DNA from: Paragordius varius
Lineage: Eukaryota > Animalia > Nematomorpha
Assembly: GCA_964247055.1 (NCBI GenBank)
Contig: OZ176054.1
Location: forward strand, 5,332,001-5,396,000
Direction: 5' to 3'
Length of the DNA: 64,000 bases
This document shows positions 24,765 through 39,400 of this stretch, in pieces. Under the pieces are notes generated by a model. The model saw only the letters and a program-made list of their open reading frames with translations. It searched no databases and was not told where the DNA came from. Position 1 is the first letter of the stretch; every line of letters starts with the position of its first letter. A program made the position numbers and the translations under genes.

Positions 24765-27700
24765 TTATAGCGAATAAATAGGGCGGCCACACTTTTGTGG
24801 TTGTTTCAACATTTTGTAGTATGTATAATGGTGCTTTGTCACATCCCTAAAAATTTTGAATGAAATCAAATCTGCATTTTCTTGTTTTAAAGGATTAATT
24901 TTGTTTCCGGTTCCACACATTATTTTTAAGAAACTGTTATAAACTAAACCGTTAATTCCCTTTTTGGCTTCATTTTTTAGGTTCAGAATAGTGTCAATAT
25001 TTGGTTGCCCAATAACGACCACAAAAATAAATATACTAGCTGAAAAATTTATTGTATGCCATTTTTTAATTGAATCTAAAAAATATATTTTTATTAGGTT
25101 AACAAAGTACTAAACATAATTCATAAACTCTTTTTACCGTTTTATAGAAGTAAAAAAGCTTAATTCTGGTTCAGGTTCCATAAACACGATTTCAATTGCA
25201 ATCGCTGATATATATATATATATACACTCATGTATCCTTTATTTTATCAAAAATTTATTTTTTTTTCGTTAAATGGGTATGAATATTTGGTAAAGAATGA
25301 AAAATACATAAACTCTATGGTTAACAATGTCATATTCATCAAAAAAACATAAGAATTACCATAGAGCTCTTGTTTTTTCCATTTTTTACCAAATATTTAT
25401 ACCCATTTAACGAAAAAAAAAAAATTTGATAAAATAAAGGATACATGACTGTATACATGTAAATTAATGTTAAAAAAACTTCAATGGAAAGTGGAAATGT
25501 TTTTTGATTAATCAACAATAAATTATCTTTATTCTTCCAGGTGGCTAGACAACTCAGTTTTCGTCCATTTAATGCGCAATCGGCATTTAATTCGATGGAA
25601 TCTGTAAAATTCATATTTTCTAAATATTATTACTTACGTTGATGCTGTTTGTAGGTTAATTCATCATTGTCTAAATACCAAAAAAGATCCACTTTTTCTG
25701 GTGATAAACACGTAGCATTTAGCTAAAATAATTAAAATCATTTTAATCCACCGTTTGGAACATATCAGAGGCGTAGCTAGAGAGGGAAAAGGGGAGCTGA
25801 TGCACCGGACGCCACGGGTTGAAGGGCGTCGGATTTTAAATTTTTTAAATTTTAATTCAAATAGGTATTTAAAAGTTATTATTTTAAAGAATACATAATA
25901 AATCACCCATTTATGAGTGGTCATGACCACAATTAAAATTTGATTATTTTTTTGAAATGCAAGGGCATGGAGGGGAGGGGGCGCCATCACGGATTCATGC
26001 ACCGGACGCCAGAAATGCAAGGTACGCCCCTGAAACATATATAGGTTAAAATATAATTATAGATTTATTAAGCTATCAGACATATTTGGACAACTTTTCA
26101 ATAATTGATCTTTTTAGTAAAGTTTATAAAAAATACCCTTAAAATATTTGGACGAATAATATAATCAAACATGTATGTCTAAGTTTCATTTATTTATTTT
26201 ATTTTTATTAAACCAATCTTATGCGGCAAAATTGCGAGAGAGAGATATTTAATTATTAATTAAATTTTAAAATAAAATTGGTAGATTTTTTTAATTTTGA
26301 TATAAAAGATTATGTAACATAATAAAAACATTTAATTAAAATAACCTTTTTGACTAATGGTAAATATGTGACTGATATAAAGAGATCGGGCACATAAAAA
26401 TTCTGACTATTTTCTCCAATTTTTTCTTTCTTCTCATTGTATATATTACATACTAGGTTACCTTTTTGACTACTCTTAATGATAACACTATGATATGATA
26501 TGATATTGATAAAGAAATTGAACCTTGGGGCATTTTTTGTTGGCTGTTTTTTTGCTTCAAACCATTTAACTACAATGTCCGTATTATTTTGAACGGGATA
26601 ACAGACCCTACTTACTGTTTCTAAAATATAAGACAAAACAAACACCATCATCTCCATTTGGTTGTTGAATTAAAACTACAATATTAAACAATATAATGCA
26701 TTCTATTATTAAAATAAAAAACATTTTAGAATCTCATTCAGAAACACGAATTAACTTTGTGTTTAAGCTATTTAATAATCTTTTGTTGTTCAATAAAAAT
26801 TTAAATGTACATTATTAGTTTGACTATAAGCGCTAGACGGAAAATGAATGACAAAGAAAGCCAGTTTCGGAGGGAGAAAACGAAAACTTTTATTGCTTTA
26901 ATTAGTTGGGATTATTATTATTATAGCTGTGCTATATATATATAGATCTTTTATTGCTCTCTATAAGCTATATGGGAATATTAGTAAAAAAATGGATATT
27001 TGCTTATAATGTCTGAGTTTCGCATTTTACCGATATTATTATCTGTTGCTTGTTCATGTATAACAACTATTCTTAAACTTTGAAAAGTTTTTACACATAG
27101 GGTGGAAATAAAGGGATATAAAGTGACTTTTCCATGGTTGTTCAACATGCTTTGTTCGCTACGCAAATGTGCTTTAGGAAATTTTAAAAATATAAATATA
27201 TCTATTAGAAATTTAGGATTATTTAGAAGCTATATAATATAAAATTGAACTTAAAAAAATAAAAAAAACAGAATAAAGCAGCACGCGAAATATCTGTGTT
27301 GGACACCAAAAGGAACTCTCATGTAGATTTGGTATCGGGTTTTGCGAATTGCTTTCTAACTCGGTATTTATTTTAAAACCCTAATTTTCAGTGTCATGGG
27401 TTCTCAACTGATGTATTGAAAAAAATTTACCAAATATTTTGAATAAACCTTCAAGTTTTTCTAAATCGCTTATAAGGCAATATTTATTCAAAAGCTTTTT
27501 TTCCAGGACCAGGGCTGAGCTGAGCGCCAAATGATAAAAAACACCTTTGAAATTAAATATTTAAAAAAATAGTTCTGTCAACCTCGGCATAAATAAATAG
27601 AAGTTTATACTTTTTCGAATGCGCGTATAATGACATGCTTATGCTTAAAGCCAATATTTTTCGAGTACCCTTTTGGCTAATTCAAAAATAACTCAGTCAC

Positions 27701-28010
27701 CTTGGGTGCATTCACAGGTAAAAATTTATTTATTAAGTAGCTTTAACTTTTTAGCCTCTATTTTTTAATCCTTACCTTATTCTATAACTTATTGGGGGTA
27801 GTTTTATATCCAGCTCAATTTGTAAATAAACCACTGTTTTGAAAGTGTTTTAATTAAAATATAATTACCACCATTGTTCTCCTGTATAAGATAATACCCA
27901 TAAAATAGGTTTTCGTCTAGAGTCTAATTAGGACAGCTCCAAAACATGATTCAAATAAACAACCGATATTTATCAAATTTTTACTGTGGAATGGAATCTG
28001 TTAGCTTACA
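24765..28010 (-). CDS. Divergent multi-immunoglobulin-domain protein (5' end probably further right, up to ~29.05 kb)
   Basis: Exons give Ig-like Cys/Trp patterns: LNATCLSPEKVDLFWYLDND...SIELNADCALNGRKLSCLATW (C2-set-like) and RVCYPVQNNTDIVVKWFEAKK...GNLVCNIYN...NFYVP, plus DENLFYGYY...VYLQIELDIKLPP. Full exon chain not resolved. Confidence 0.6.
25225..25451. mobile_element. Tc1/mariner-type MITE, copy 2 (intronic)
   Basis: Same TIRs and TA flanks as 24371-24585. Confidence 0.88.
25766..26032. mobile_element. GC-rich hAT MITE
   Basis: TIR cagaggcgta / tacgcccctg, 8-bp TSD gaacatat / aaacatat, internal duplicated tgcaccggacgcca motif. Confidence 0.85.
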
Positions 28011-28018
28011 AAAGTTAA

Positions 28019-28547
28019 CACTTGGCAACGCATTCATTTCATTTCTTCGATTCAAATTGGGGTAGTTAGATGCCCCATGCTTGTTTAAAATTTAATATTT
28101 TAAAAAATATTGAATAAATTTAATAACCATTGCAAATGTTTGCACTTATATGACATTAACCGAAATATAACAAAAAATTTGTCCAAAAATACTTTATATT
28201 ACTTATTCTGAGGCAAAATCCAAAGGTAAAAATTTAGCCAACATGACATGTGTGCATAAGCTATATGTAAAAATATGATTTTATTAAAAATGTAAATTAA
28301 ATTTTTAGGCTAGAATCAAATAAACACGATATATTGCCAAAATGTTGTAAAATAAAATGGCGTCCAAATAGTTTGATGCGGAATTCTTCTAAACTAAATT
28401 TTAATTAGATATTTTGGTTTATTTATATAATTTTTCTTAGGATAGAAACATAAATTTAAATTGGAACCGTTTCGTTCAGTATTTTTTTCAAAATATCAAT
28501 TTAAATATTGTCAGGGGTATTTAGATACCCCAATTTGAATCGAAGTG
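28019..28547 (+). mobile_element. piggyBac-like MITE (TTAA target, CACTT..AAGTG ends), copy 1
   Basis: ttaa|cacttgg ... cgaagtg|ctaa. Internal inverted repeat cttcgattcaaattgggg / ccccaatttgaatcgaag. Homologous to 31472-32025 and 43566-44108. Confidence 0.8.
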
Positions 28548-29112
28548 CTAATTATTTGCATTTTTTGATCATATTATACATTTATTTGCCTATTGTGTTA
28601 ACAATTAATAATATTCAAAAAATAGGGGCCAAAAATTTGAGTTTTTTACAATTTTTCCTTTTTCAAAATTATTATGAAGCTAAATATTCTAATTTCGAAT
28701 CCTTCTAGGATCTAATACCTCAAAAGACATGAATTATTAAATCGCTAATAAATAGGCAAATAAATATAATTATGGTGAGAAAAAGTAAACATGCTGTATT
28801 TACCAGACTTGGTGTTTATAGATTATAAAATCAGATATGATTAGTTCACTAGTATTTTGGAACGTCCCAATTTTAGACTTACAAAACTGTAATGGAGAAC
28901 GACGCAAATATTTTACAAATTGATCTTAGAGTATTAATATAATCCAATTATAGCGGACAAAAAAAGGATCATCAAGTATTAAAACTCAATCGCCCTTCAC
29001 ATAAATGATTAAAAATCTTATTAAATTAGGATGAGCATACATGTTTTTCAATAAATTATTTACTGATACCTTTAAAATAATTTTCATGATGGTTTTGTGT
29101 AATTATGAATAA

Positions 29113-30202
29113 ATGGCTGATCGCCAATCTTTGCTCACTTTAAAAATTTTGATTATTGGGGAAAGCGGTGTTGGTAAATCTAGGTAGTTAATAATATAAT
29201 TTAGTCTCCTTTTGCGATTTATTGATGATAAATTTGATCCTGAACAGGGCTCAACTATTGGTAATAATAATTACATTGTAGGGGTGGATTTTAAGGTTAA
29301 AACGATTCGTATTAATGATACCAATATAAAATTGGCAATTTGGGTATATTAACTTTTAACTGTAGGACACTGCCGGTGAAGAGAGGTTTAGAGCCTTGAC
29401 ACCAAGTTATTACAGGGGTGCCCAAGGCGCTATTTTAGGTATGGCAGGTGTATATTTTAGTGTATGATGTCACAAATCGTAAATCCTTTGAAATGTTAAA
29501 TACATGGATAAATGAATTAGATCTCTATTCAACACATACAGATATTGTTAAAATGCTTGTGGGGAACAAAATAGATAAAGTTTAGCAAATTTTAAATTTA
29601 GAACACGCGTGTGGTTACCAATCAACAAGGAATGGATTTTGCTCGTAAAAATTCAATGCTTTTCATCGAAGCAAGTGCAAAGACGAATGATGGCGTTAGT
29701 GTGGCTTTTGAGGAACTTGTTGAAAAAGTAATCATTACCTTATTTATATAAATATTTTTTTGTCAGAATAAGTGTATAAATACTTATTTGGGAGAATAAA
29801 AGTTTAAACTAATTTTGGTTGGGGATTTTTTAAAATTAATTTGGGTAGCAATATATTAATAATTTTATTTGGTAGATATCTAAAAATTACTGAAATTTAA
29901 ATATGGTTGTTGAATGGTCATGCCCTATAATTAATTTTATATTAACATTGATAATATTATATTATTAAAAAACCATTTTTTTAGTTATATATCTATTTAA
30001 TTTATATCGTTATATTAAAACTCCAAATTTATTATATTCATTAGTATCACTTCAAAATTTGATTTACAATTATGAGATATCTTTTGACCTATCTGCTTTT
30101 TATATATAGATTTTACAAACTCCCACATTATATGAAACAAAAAACAAAACTTTAACATTAAATCAAGAAGACCAAGAAAATTCAAGCCAATGCTGGTGTT
30201 AA
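29113..30202 (+). CDS. RAB18: Ras-related protein Rab18 (7 exons)
   Basis: [49 protein letters not shown]...[30 protein letters not shown]...LVGNKIDK...FIEASAK...[16 protein letters not shown]...QCWC*. Five introns of 21-22 nt plus one ~380-nt intron; CXC prenylation motif. Confidence 0.96.
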
Positions 30203-31471
30203 ATGGATTAATGATTATCATTTAATTGAAATATATAGTAATTTAATAAATTAATGTAGCGCACCAATGTTTAATAGACATATATTAATTAATTATTTTA
30301 TTTGGATAAGCTAATAAATTTTAAATTAATGGTGATTGTACGGTATTTTAACATTTGGACTATTTATTTACGATTTAGTATCGTATGCAACATTTATAAT
30401 TGATGAGCTTTTATGTTGAGGTTAAACAAGAGTCTAAACCTAACATTTTTCATAACTAAAGCCTAAATATTTTAAACCCTTTAATCAAAAAACCTATTTA
30501 TTAATTTACCAAAATTCCCCATTAAGTATGAATATAGATTAAAAATTACCATTTTTTTCTTTTCGTTGGTGAAAAACCATGATTATAAAAATTTTAATAT
30601 TTTTAAGTTTAGGTCAACTTTTAAAAATTGTGAAAAAGGAGTAAATTTGACCAAAATTCTCCAGAAAAAAATTAATTTTACCTTCATGCTTAGCAAATTA
30701 TATAACATTAAACAAATTTTTAGAATATATTCCAAATTTTGCCATTGAATTTGTTAAATAAATAGTAGTGTTGAGTTTGTTATATAATCTTATGTTTTAA
30801 ATCTATTAAATTAATAATTTTATGTATGAGTTTTCAAATCCGGCCCGTCGGATATATTGAGTTGTTTTTTAAATTTACATTTATAATTTGTTTTCCAATA
30901 TTGCACCAACCATACTCATAATAAATAATTTTTTATGAATCAAATCCAACCTATTAAAATGTAGTTTTTTCAAAGATAGTTAACACAGAGAGTCTAAGAA
31001 AAATTATTTATATGCTGAATTGTGACATTTTCAAAAGTCCAGATTAGGTTTGAATTTTAAAAAATTTGTCAGTTGTTTTTAATGGTATTTTATTGCATGA
31101 TCGGTTGCAAAAACTTTAAGATACTATAAAAGTGTATTTTATAAGTAATACGATGGTCCTAAACACTTTTCATCGATTAAAATTTTTTGCTATTTTTTGT
31201 GAAAAACATAACACATATCTTTAAAAGGTGAACGAATCTTTTTTAAAAAGTCTGAGATCATATATCATACATAGTCAAAATCGGGAATTACGAAGTTTTC
31301 AATATATTATGCTGAAAAATTATATTACAATTTTCATTTCGCTTTTAATTTTTGGTCTTAAGCGTTATTAATAAAGATATTTTAACTTTTATGAAAATCT
31401 TTAATCATTAGAGATTCGTTCGTCTTCATATTTATGTTAAATATAAATTGTTTACATTTCATCCGAATTAA

Positions 31472-32025
31472 AACTTGGATACAACACATTCATTTTAGTC
31501 CTTCGATTCAAATTGGGGAAGTTAAATACCCCAGGCCTGTTTAAAATTAAATTATTTAAAAAATATGGAAGGAATCGAATCCATGGCAAAATCTTGCACT
31601 TATATAACATTAATAAACCGAAATATATAAAAATTTTATTAAAAAATATTTTATTTGACTTATTTTAAGCTAAAACCGAAAGGTAAAAATTTAGTCAACG
31701 TGACATGCGTGTAATGGTAAAAATGAAATATTATACAAAATAAACAGCTTTTTCTATTTCTATCAATGTAAAATGTAATTAAAATAAATTAGCTTTACCC
31801 TTTAAATGTAGACGAGATTTTGCAAAAATTTTGTAAAATAAAAATGGCGTCGAAGTAGTTTGACATGGAACTTTTTTTTTTAAAACAAAATTTTATTTAA
31901 ATATTTTGGCATATTTATATAATTTTTATTAGGATAGAAGCATTAAATTAAATTGGGACCGTTCCCTTCAGTAGTTTTTTAAAAATCCTAACTCAAATTT
32001 AGTCTGGGGTACTTAAATACCCAAA
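31472..32025 (+). mobile_element. piggyBac-like MITE, copy 2 (degenerate right end)
   Basis: acttggatacaacacattcatttt..cttcgattcaaattgggg; body colinear with 28019-28547. Confidence 0.75.
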
Positions 32026-32246
32026 TACTCGAACCATCAGGACCGCATAGGGTAAAAGTTCTGACCTTAATATACCTTTTCGATTTTAAACATCTGACAA
32101 ATCAGTCAAACAGCCTTAAAGATTTATATATTAGGGCCTTTGAGACAACAATAATATTAACTTTGGCCATTCAAAAAATTATGGTGAGTAGCATTGTCTT
32201 AAATGTTTTTATACAATTCGAAATATATTTTTTTGATGCTAAAATC

Positions 32247-33286
32247 CATGGGTCGGGTGATAAAAAATTTTTTTTGACTTGACTTGCAAGTTTTTCAAGT
32301 CCTGGCTTGCTTTCATGTGATAAAAAAAATTTAACATCACACGACTTAAGTCAAGCAAGAAAACTTGATAAGGAGGTGATAAAAAATCATATGATCAAGT
32401 AAAACTTAAAGATTTTGCAAGTGTGGTGTAGGGCACACTTGACAGATTTAAAAATATGGATAAAATTATTTTGGAAACTATTTATGTATAAAATTCAGGT
32501 TTTATAAGTAATTCAAACCTTTGTTAATGCTATAAGTTGTTAATTTTATAAAATTTGGCTAATTAATCTATTCATTGGGTGGATATAAAAGAGGATAAAT
32601 TTATAGAAAAACTCTGCTAATATTTAATAACATGGCATATAAAAATATGCTTGCTAAATATATCAATTCCGTGACCGCAAAAAAAAATTGGATTCTCGAA
32701 AATTTCTTAAAATTAATAATTAAATACTAATCTTGTAAAATTTCAAATCTTCGTTTATAAGCAAAACTTCACTATTAACCAATGTAAAGAATTTATTTCA
32801 TCATAAATTTATTTCGAATATAATGTTTGTAATCAATTAAAAATAATTATGTTATATTGTATCAACATCTTCCCATTATATTTGCAACTGGACTCCAAAC
32901 AAAAGTAGTGTGGTAAAATAAAGGAAAGTGTTGTAAGGGCGAATGGTTTCATTAATCTAAAAATTATTACCAGCCTCACAATTTAGTAAACTCTATATAT
33001 TAAATAAGATACGTGCCAGTGAGTTTGAAAAACTTCAATAAATGCATATGGTAGTTTATCTTTTTGTGCCTTATTTCATAAATCTTAGCTGAAAATGATC
33101 AAAAAAGTTTCCATAAAATTCGAATTGGGTGGCAAAAAACTGTTACATTCATAAGCAAAAGACTTGACTTAAGTGTTTTTTTATCACCGATTTTCAAGTG
33201 TACACTTGCCGGCTTAAGTAATCTTGCTCAACTTGCCACGCTTGGCTTACAAGTCAAGTGCGACTTTTTTTATCACCCCACCCATG
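32247..33286. mobile_element. ~1-kb non-autonomous DNA transposon with gtgataaaaaa / acttg subterminal motifs
   Basis: TIR catgggtcgggtgataaaaaa / ttttttatcaccccacccatg. The left end recurs inverted at ~52165-52355 and the right end recurs at ~50024-50060. No clear TSD. Confidence 0.75.
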
Positions 33287-33419
33287 ATGTTTGCAAATTT
33301 AAAATAATCCATTTTAGAAGGGTGAAAAATTTTATTTTAAAGGCTACATCTAATTATTAAAATTTAAAATGTTTTAACACATTTTTACTTTTTTGCATGA
33401 CATATTCGGGTATTTTATA

Positions 33420-34360
33420 TTCCAAACAATATTATAGATACGCTCCTGTTTTGAATTATTTTAGGCAAAATCTATTTCAAACATTTTTTAAGGTATTAGA
33501 TAAATTAGAGTTACTTTGGCGGCTGCAAAACTCGGTTATACAAACACCTAATTTTAAAAAGGAATAAATATCAAGTTTTTGCTGATAAAATGCAACTTGG
33601 TGCTTGCTAAAGAAAATTATATATATTTTCTTATAATATATATTAGGCCTAATATTATACTAGGTATAAAAAAATAAAGAAATTAAATGTCGAAAAAGTT
33701 TGTGATAAGGCTTCTTTCATTTTGCATTAAAAAAATATATATTATAACGCCTAAAAGGCCTAAGAAAGCAAATTTGGCATACCTTGAATTCTTTTTAAAA
33801 TTATTTAAATTTTTAATCGATCTGGGATATATAACTACGTCAAAACCGCATTAAGTGACGACTATCATTGATTATGATATTTTTCGGTAATATTTTTGGG
33901 AATTCTCTTGTCACCAGAATTTTAAAAATATGTGCATAGCGTTCAATTTTCTGAGCCGTTACCCCAAAAGTGGTAGCAAAACTTTTGTCATAGAAATTAA
34001 ATTCAAAAGCACCACCAAAACCATATACAACTCTCATAAATATGATATATTTTTAATGTTAATGCTCCGATATACGATTATATATCATAATTTACTTTTT
34101 TTTGGGACACATAAATGCATAAATACAAATTTAATGACACTTTCAAAAGCATTTAGCTTAAATACTTTATACCTAAATAGCCTTGTAATAGTGTAAACTT
34201 TTTATTATGAATTGCTTTAGGTCGCATATATATACATTGTTGTGTATTTATTTCATTTGCAATTATTATGCTGTTAGAGACCCTTACTTTTTGTTATTAG
34301 AAAATTTATATATCTACTACTAAAGCATATGGTTATCATAATTACATTTGGTGGATCCGG
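33420..34360 (-). CDS. Possible unidentified spliced gene divergent from RPS15A
   Basis: Open stretches (e.g. YKVFKLNAFESVIKFVFMHLCVPKK; VYGFGGAFEFNFYDKSFATTFG) between GT..AG mini-intron-like segments. No family recognised. Confidence 0.25.
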
Positions 34361-34381
34361 ATATACACCTGTTAAACGAAA

Positions 34382-34841
<460 letters not shown>

Positions 34842-36499
34842 TAAATAACATTATTGCTATGATATAAATTACTCCTTTGTTATAATACATATGTTGGATA
34901 AAGCTTTGAATTTCCTTTACAAACTGTTTAATATGTGTAGTCTTTGCTCCTTGATATTAACTTTTTTCAGATTATATGACTTGTCAAAATGATTCATAAT
35001 TTTAAATTTTTATTTATTTTGATATAATTTTAAAAAATATAGAATATAGACCTCCAATACCCTCATCATCTAGGTTATAATTTATTTTTATATAGGGTTA
35101 TCACTGATTGGTTTAGTTTCTCCATATTTCCTAAGAACTTGTATATCTTTAGGCAAAATATCGACCATGGGTTTTTAGTTATAAAACTACTATTGTAAAA
35201 TATTATTCATTGATTGACAATATTAATTTGGTATTTTACGGTTTATATCAGGGGATGGAATCCATAATTTGCAAAATCATGTTCACAAAATCTGGTAAAA
35301 TTGATATTTGGACAATTGTTTCTGAATACGTTTATCCAAATAGTAAAAATTGTTAAATACATGTTCTGGATGGAGTCTTATGTTTGAAATCTAATTAAAT
35401 ACTAATGAATGCCTTATTTATTTCGAATGCGGCCCGCAAAGCCATTTGTGATCTGCAATAACTTTTTCTCATGAAGATGTAACTATAAAAATTTGTTTGC
35501 CAATTATTATCAAAAGCTACTTTGAATATTAGTGTCTAATATTTTTTGGAGTGTTTTCATTTTATAACATATATTCCTTTTGATCCATATATTGTTTTAG
35601 AGTGCATTTAGCAGAGTGATAATGTGAGTATCAAATACATTAATTTTTAAAACTCTTACTATAATCTAGAGTTGACCTTAAATTTAATGGTATAAAATAT
35701 TTATGGGCAAATTTAAAATGTTTAAATATAAACTATTCCTTAACTTAAAATTAAATATATATTTAATAACTTTATTATGAAAATTAAAAAAATGTTGCGT
35801 TTGCTTGAATATTGCTTCTTGACTGAAAAATGGTATTTATATATAGATTTAATAAAATGTTAAATTTTTAATAAAAATTTATATATTGTAAAAAAGATCG
35901 AAGCCGATAATGAGCCATGTTTTTATTTTTGAGGGAAAAATTATTGATTAATGGTGCGCTCCGCCAAAAAAATATTTAAGATACAATTTTTTTGGTGACA
36001 CACTGCTCTAGATCTTTGCGACCGTCATTTGCTTAAAATTACTTTCTTTAAAACATAACTTTTTATTTGATATATGTAAAATACGAATTAAATAATCATT
36101 TAAATTTTTATTATCGCACTGATTTTGTATTATAAATCTGTTTTTCTCAATACTAAAATGACAGTAAAATCACATTTATATGAAATTTATCATCATCAGG
36201 TCGTTGTTTCTCCAGCATGAGCTAGATTTTCTTGAGTGACTGTAAGGTTATAATATTCTATTTTGTTAACACACTCAATTCATGTTGCATCAGTTATTTT
36301 GTATTTGAATAATATATATATATTTCGTCTTAAAGCTTATCTGTTGTTGAGAATAACCATTGTGTAACGTCTACGCAAATAAGGCATGCACACATAAAAA
36401 GAACTTGTGATATAATAGCCAGTCACTTTTTTATTTTGGTTTTCTTTTTATCGCTCAACTCTATTTTAATATACCATATTGCTATACGTGAATAAATCA

Positions 36500-39400
36500 A
36501 CTTTTCAGTGACATAACTTGCGATCGAGACAGTCGTTGTTTGGTCATTTGAGTTAAGTTTAAGTCATAACTGATTGTTTTTTCCCAATCATGATATGGTC
36601 TGCCCGCCTCGTCTTAAATTGCCGTTCGGATGAAAGGATCCAATTTTATTAATCCAACCATTTGAGCGTTCAAAATGACTCCATCTTGACGATTTGCTTT
36701 GAGAAAAGAAGACATAGGTGGGATTTGAAACAGACTATGTATGCTTTTATTATTATTTGTTTTATCATTGTGGTACTGATTAGTGGGACATGAGATGAGG
36801 ATTTTTCTTTCGATTTCACATAATTGTTTGATTTAAGGGCCGCTAGCATATGTGAGGAGAGGGCGAATGGCAACCGTGTAGATTTTGGCCTCATTTGGAT
36901 TTAAAATGTGTTTGTGTTTCATTATAACTTGAGATGATGGAATTTGGTCCAAGCTTAATGTGTTCGTGTTTTGGCGTTTTAAAAATTGATATTGGTTGTT
37001 ATTGTATCACCCAGGTAATTGTACTTGATTACTATTTCGATGTTTATATATGGGAGGTAGGTTGTTTGTGTGGGGCTGTCTGGGTTTTTATCTGGTGTTG
37101 CACAAGCTTTACATGCAAAATTTTCAATGTTTAATAAACTTGCTTTAATTTGTGAGAACTTTTTGTGGACCCACAGTTGGCATTTAGTATACTTTATGGA
37201 ATTTAAGTTTCACTTCAGAGTGACAAATGGAGCAAGTGAATTTTATTATAGGTGTATGTGAGCCTTGGATTAAAGTCTTTGTGTTATCTGTGTTAATTTT
37301 GAGGCCAAATTTTTCCAACGCAAATTTTCAGAGGCTATATTTATTGATGATAGCTGTTTCGCTGGTGGCTGTTAGTATATGTCGACCGTACAACATTTTG
37401 AAAGGTATTGTTTTTATATTATCAGTTATCACATCCATAATAATAATAAAAAATAATGGACTGAGGATGGAGCCCTGGTTGACCCGACGTTCACTGGGGA
37501 TCGATTAGTATCTCCCACGAAAGTTTTCACCCAACTGGTATTTATAATTTTTCTTTATCCCGGAATTTTTTTTTCGTAACTCAAATGTTATCATGGGATG
37601 CAGTCAAATGCACGGCTTAAATCAATAAAGATGTGATATAATGTTTTATTATTGTCTGTAGTTATCTTGTAATCTCTAAGAATGAATATGGCGTCAGAGG
37701 TGCTGACCCCCTGTTGAAAACCAAATTGGGTTTCGTCAATCGAGCAAAGCTGACGTATTTTCATTTCTATTATAATTTCGAATAATTTTGTTGCATGGTC
37801 AAGTAATTGTAATGGTCTATAGAGGGCGCAGTTTAGCATGCCGCCCTTTAAATATTGGTATTATGATACTCTTTCAGTTATTTGGGATTTTTTCCTCCAT
37901 TATAATCAGATTATATAGGTCTGTGAAATAGGAATTTGCTTCAGGAATATTTTTGTACTTTTCAGTTTTGTATTCCTTGGGACTAAGTGCTTGAATTGAT
38001 ATTTTTGCATGGCTAAGCTCACATCTTTGCGGTAATGATTGGGGGTGGCCCAATAACTGGAAGTTGGGTACCTCGACGTTTGAATGCTGGAAATTTAGTG
38101 TATTTTGCATGTATTGCGTCCATACATTTTGAATGCTAAGAGTGTCAGTAATTAGGTTATTATTTTTTATCTTTTATGGCTTTCACTACCCGAACATCTT
38201 TTTTATTAATATTAATATTTTATAAAAAGTTTTAAGTTTTTGATTTCTCCTTCAAGTTTTTTTGGCATCCAAATATCTTTAATTCATTTTGTCAGCTATT
38301 ATTTTCTTTACACTTTTTTAACCATTATTTAAAAATGTTTGTTATTATCGTGTTTTAAATCTTTCCATTTTTAATTAAACGTTTGTTAGAAGAGTGTTTT
38401 TTAGATGCTCCCAGCCGTCATTTATGTTGTCAGGGGAATGTTTTAGTTCATATGTATTTTGGTTAATATATTGATGCTTTATTATAGGATCACTAGCCGT
38501 TAAGTTGATGCATTATTAGGGCTAGATCGGTTTTTATTTATTGTTAAAAAAGCAATTACTAATTTATGTTGTGTATCAATGTTATAAGTTTTCTAAATTG
38601 TTTATTCATTAACACAAAATCTATTTATGTATTAGACTGGGTTTTTTGTAATATTATTGCAAATCAATAGGTACAGAATTCTAAAAATGTTTCACCCTCT
38701 TTGTTACGAGAATCAATACCTACTTCACCGTGTATACCTTAATAAGTATCGGTGTGCATTCCAATGTCTCCATTGAATTTGGGGGAACATTTTGTGTGAT
38801 CTGATAAAGCTGATTCCACAATTCCAGTTTGGTAGTTTCATTTTGACCCTGTTAAGGGGTAAAGATGGATAGTATGTTAAGGGTTGTAAAATTAAGAGCC
38901 AATCGCATTTGGATAATTCCGTTGTGACGTGTTATGTCAATTATGATTTCTTTTCTCTGATTGTTTATGGCTATGGCTACTCCTGATTTTCCTGTTTTTT
39001 TCCTTCATAATAAAGTGTGAAACCTCATTACTCTTTTTTGTAGTTGTATTATTTATAAATATAATTATTATTAATATTGTGCAGGATAATTAATATAATG
39101 AATTTTTTTAACAAGTATTTATTATTTCGCTGTTAAACATGGTAAAAATAATGAGGCTTGATTTATTTTTATAAACCATATGCCCTTATAGCCAACCTCT
39201 TAACTCGGAGAGAGTATTTTATTCGCTATACCAGGCTAGAGAGTGTCTGAAAAGACATCGAATCTCTCAATCCGTTTGTAGATGTAAGTCTACGGTCGAG
39301 GGAGGTGCCTTTCCGGACTTTGGAAGCTCCCACTCCATTTTTCGTTTTGAGAGCTGGTTCTAGCGCCCAGGTAAACCAGCTTTAAAACCATGTGTGTGAA

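Noticed and set aside
24385-25614. Similar short ORFs (FFSLNGYEYLV) suggesting duplicated genes
   Set aside because: They derive from two copies of a palindromic TA-flanked MITE.
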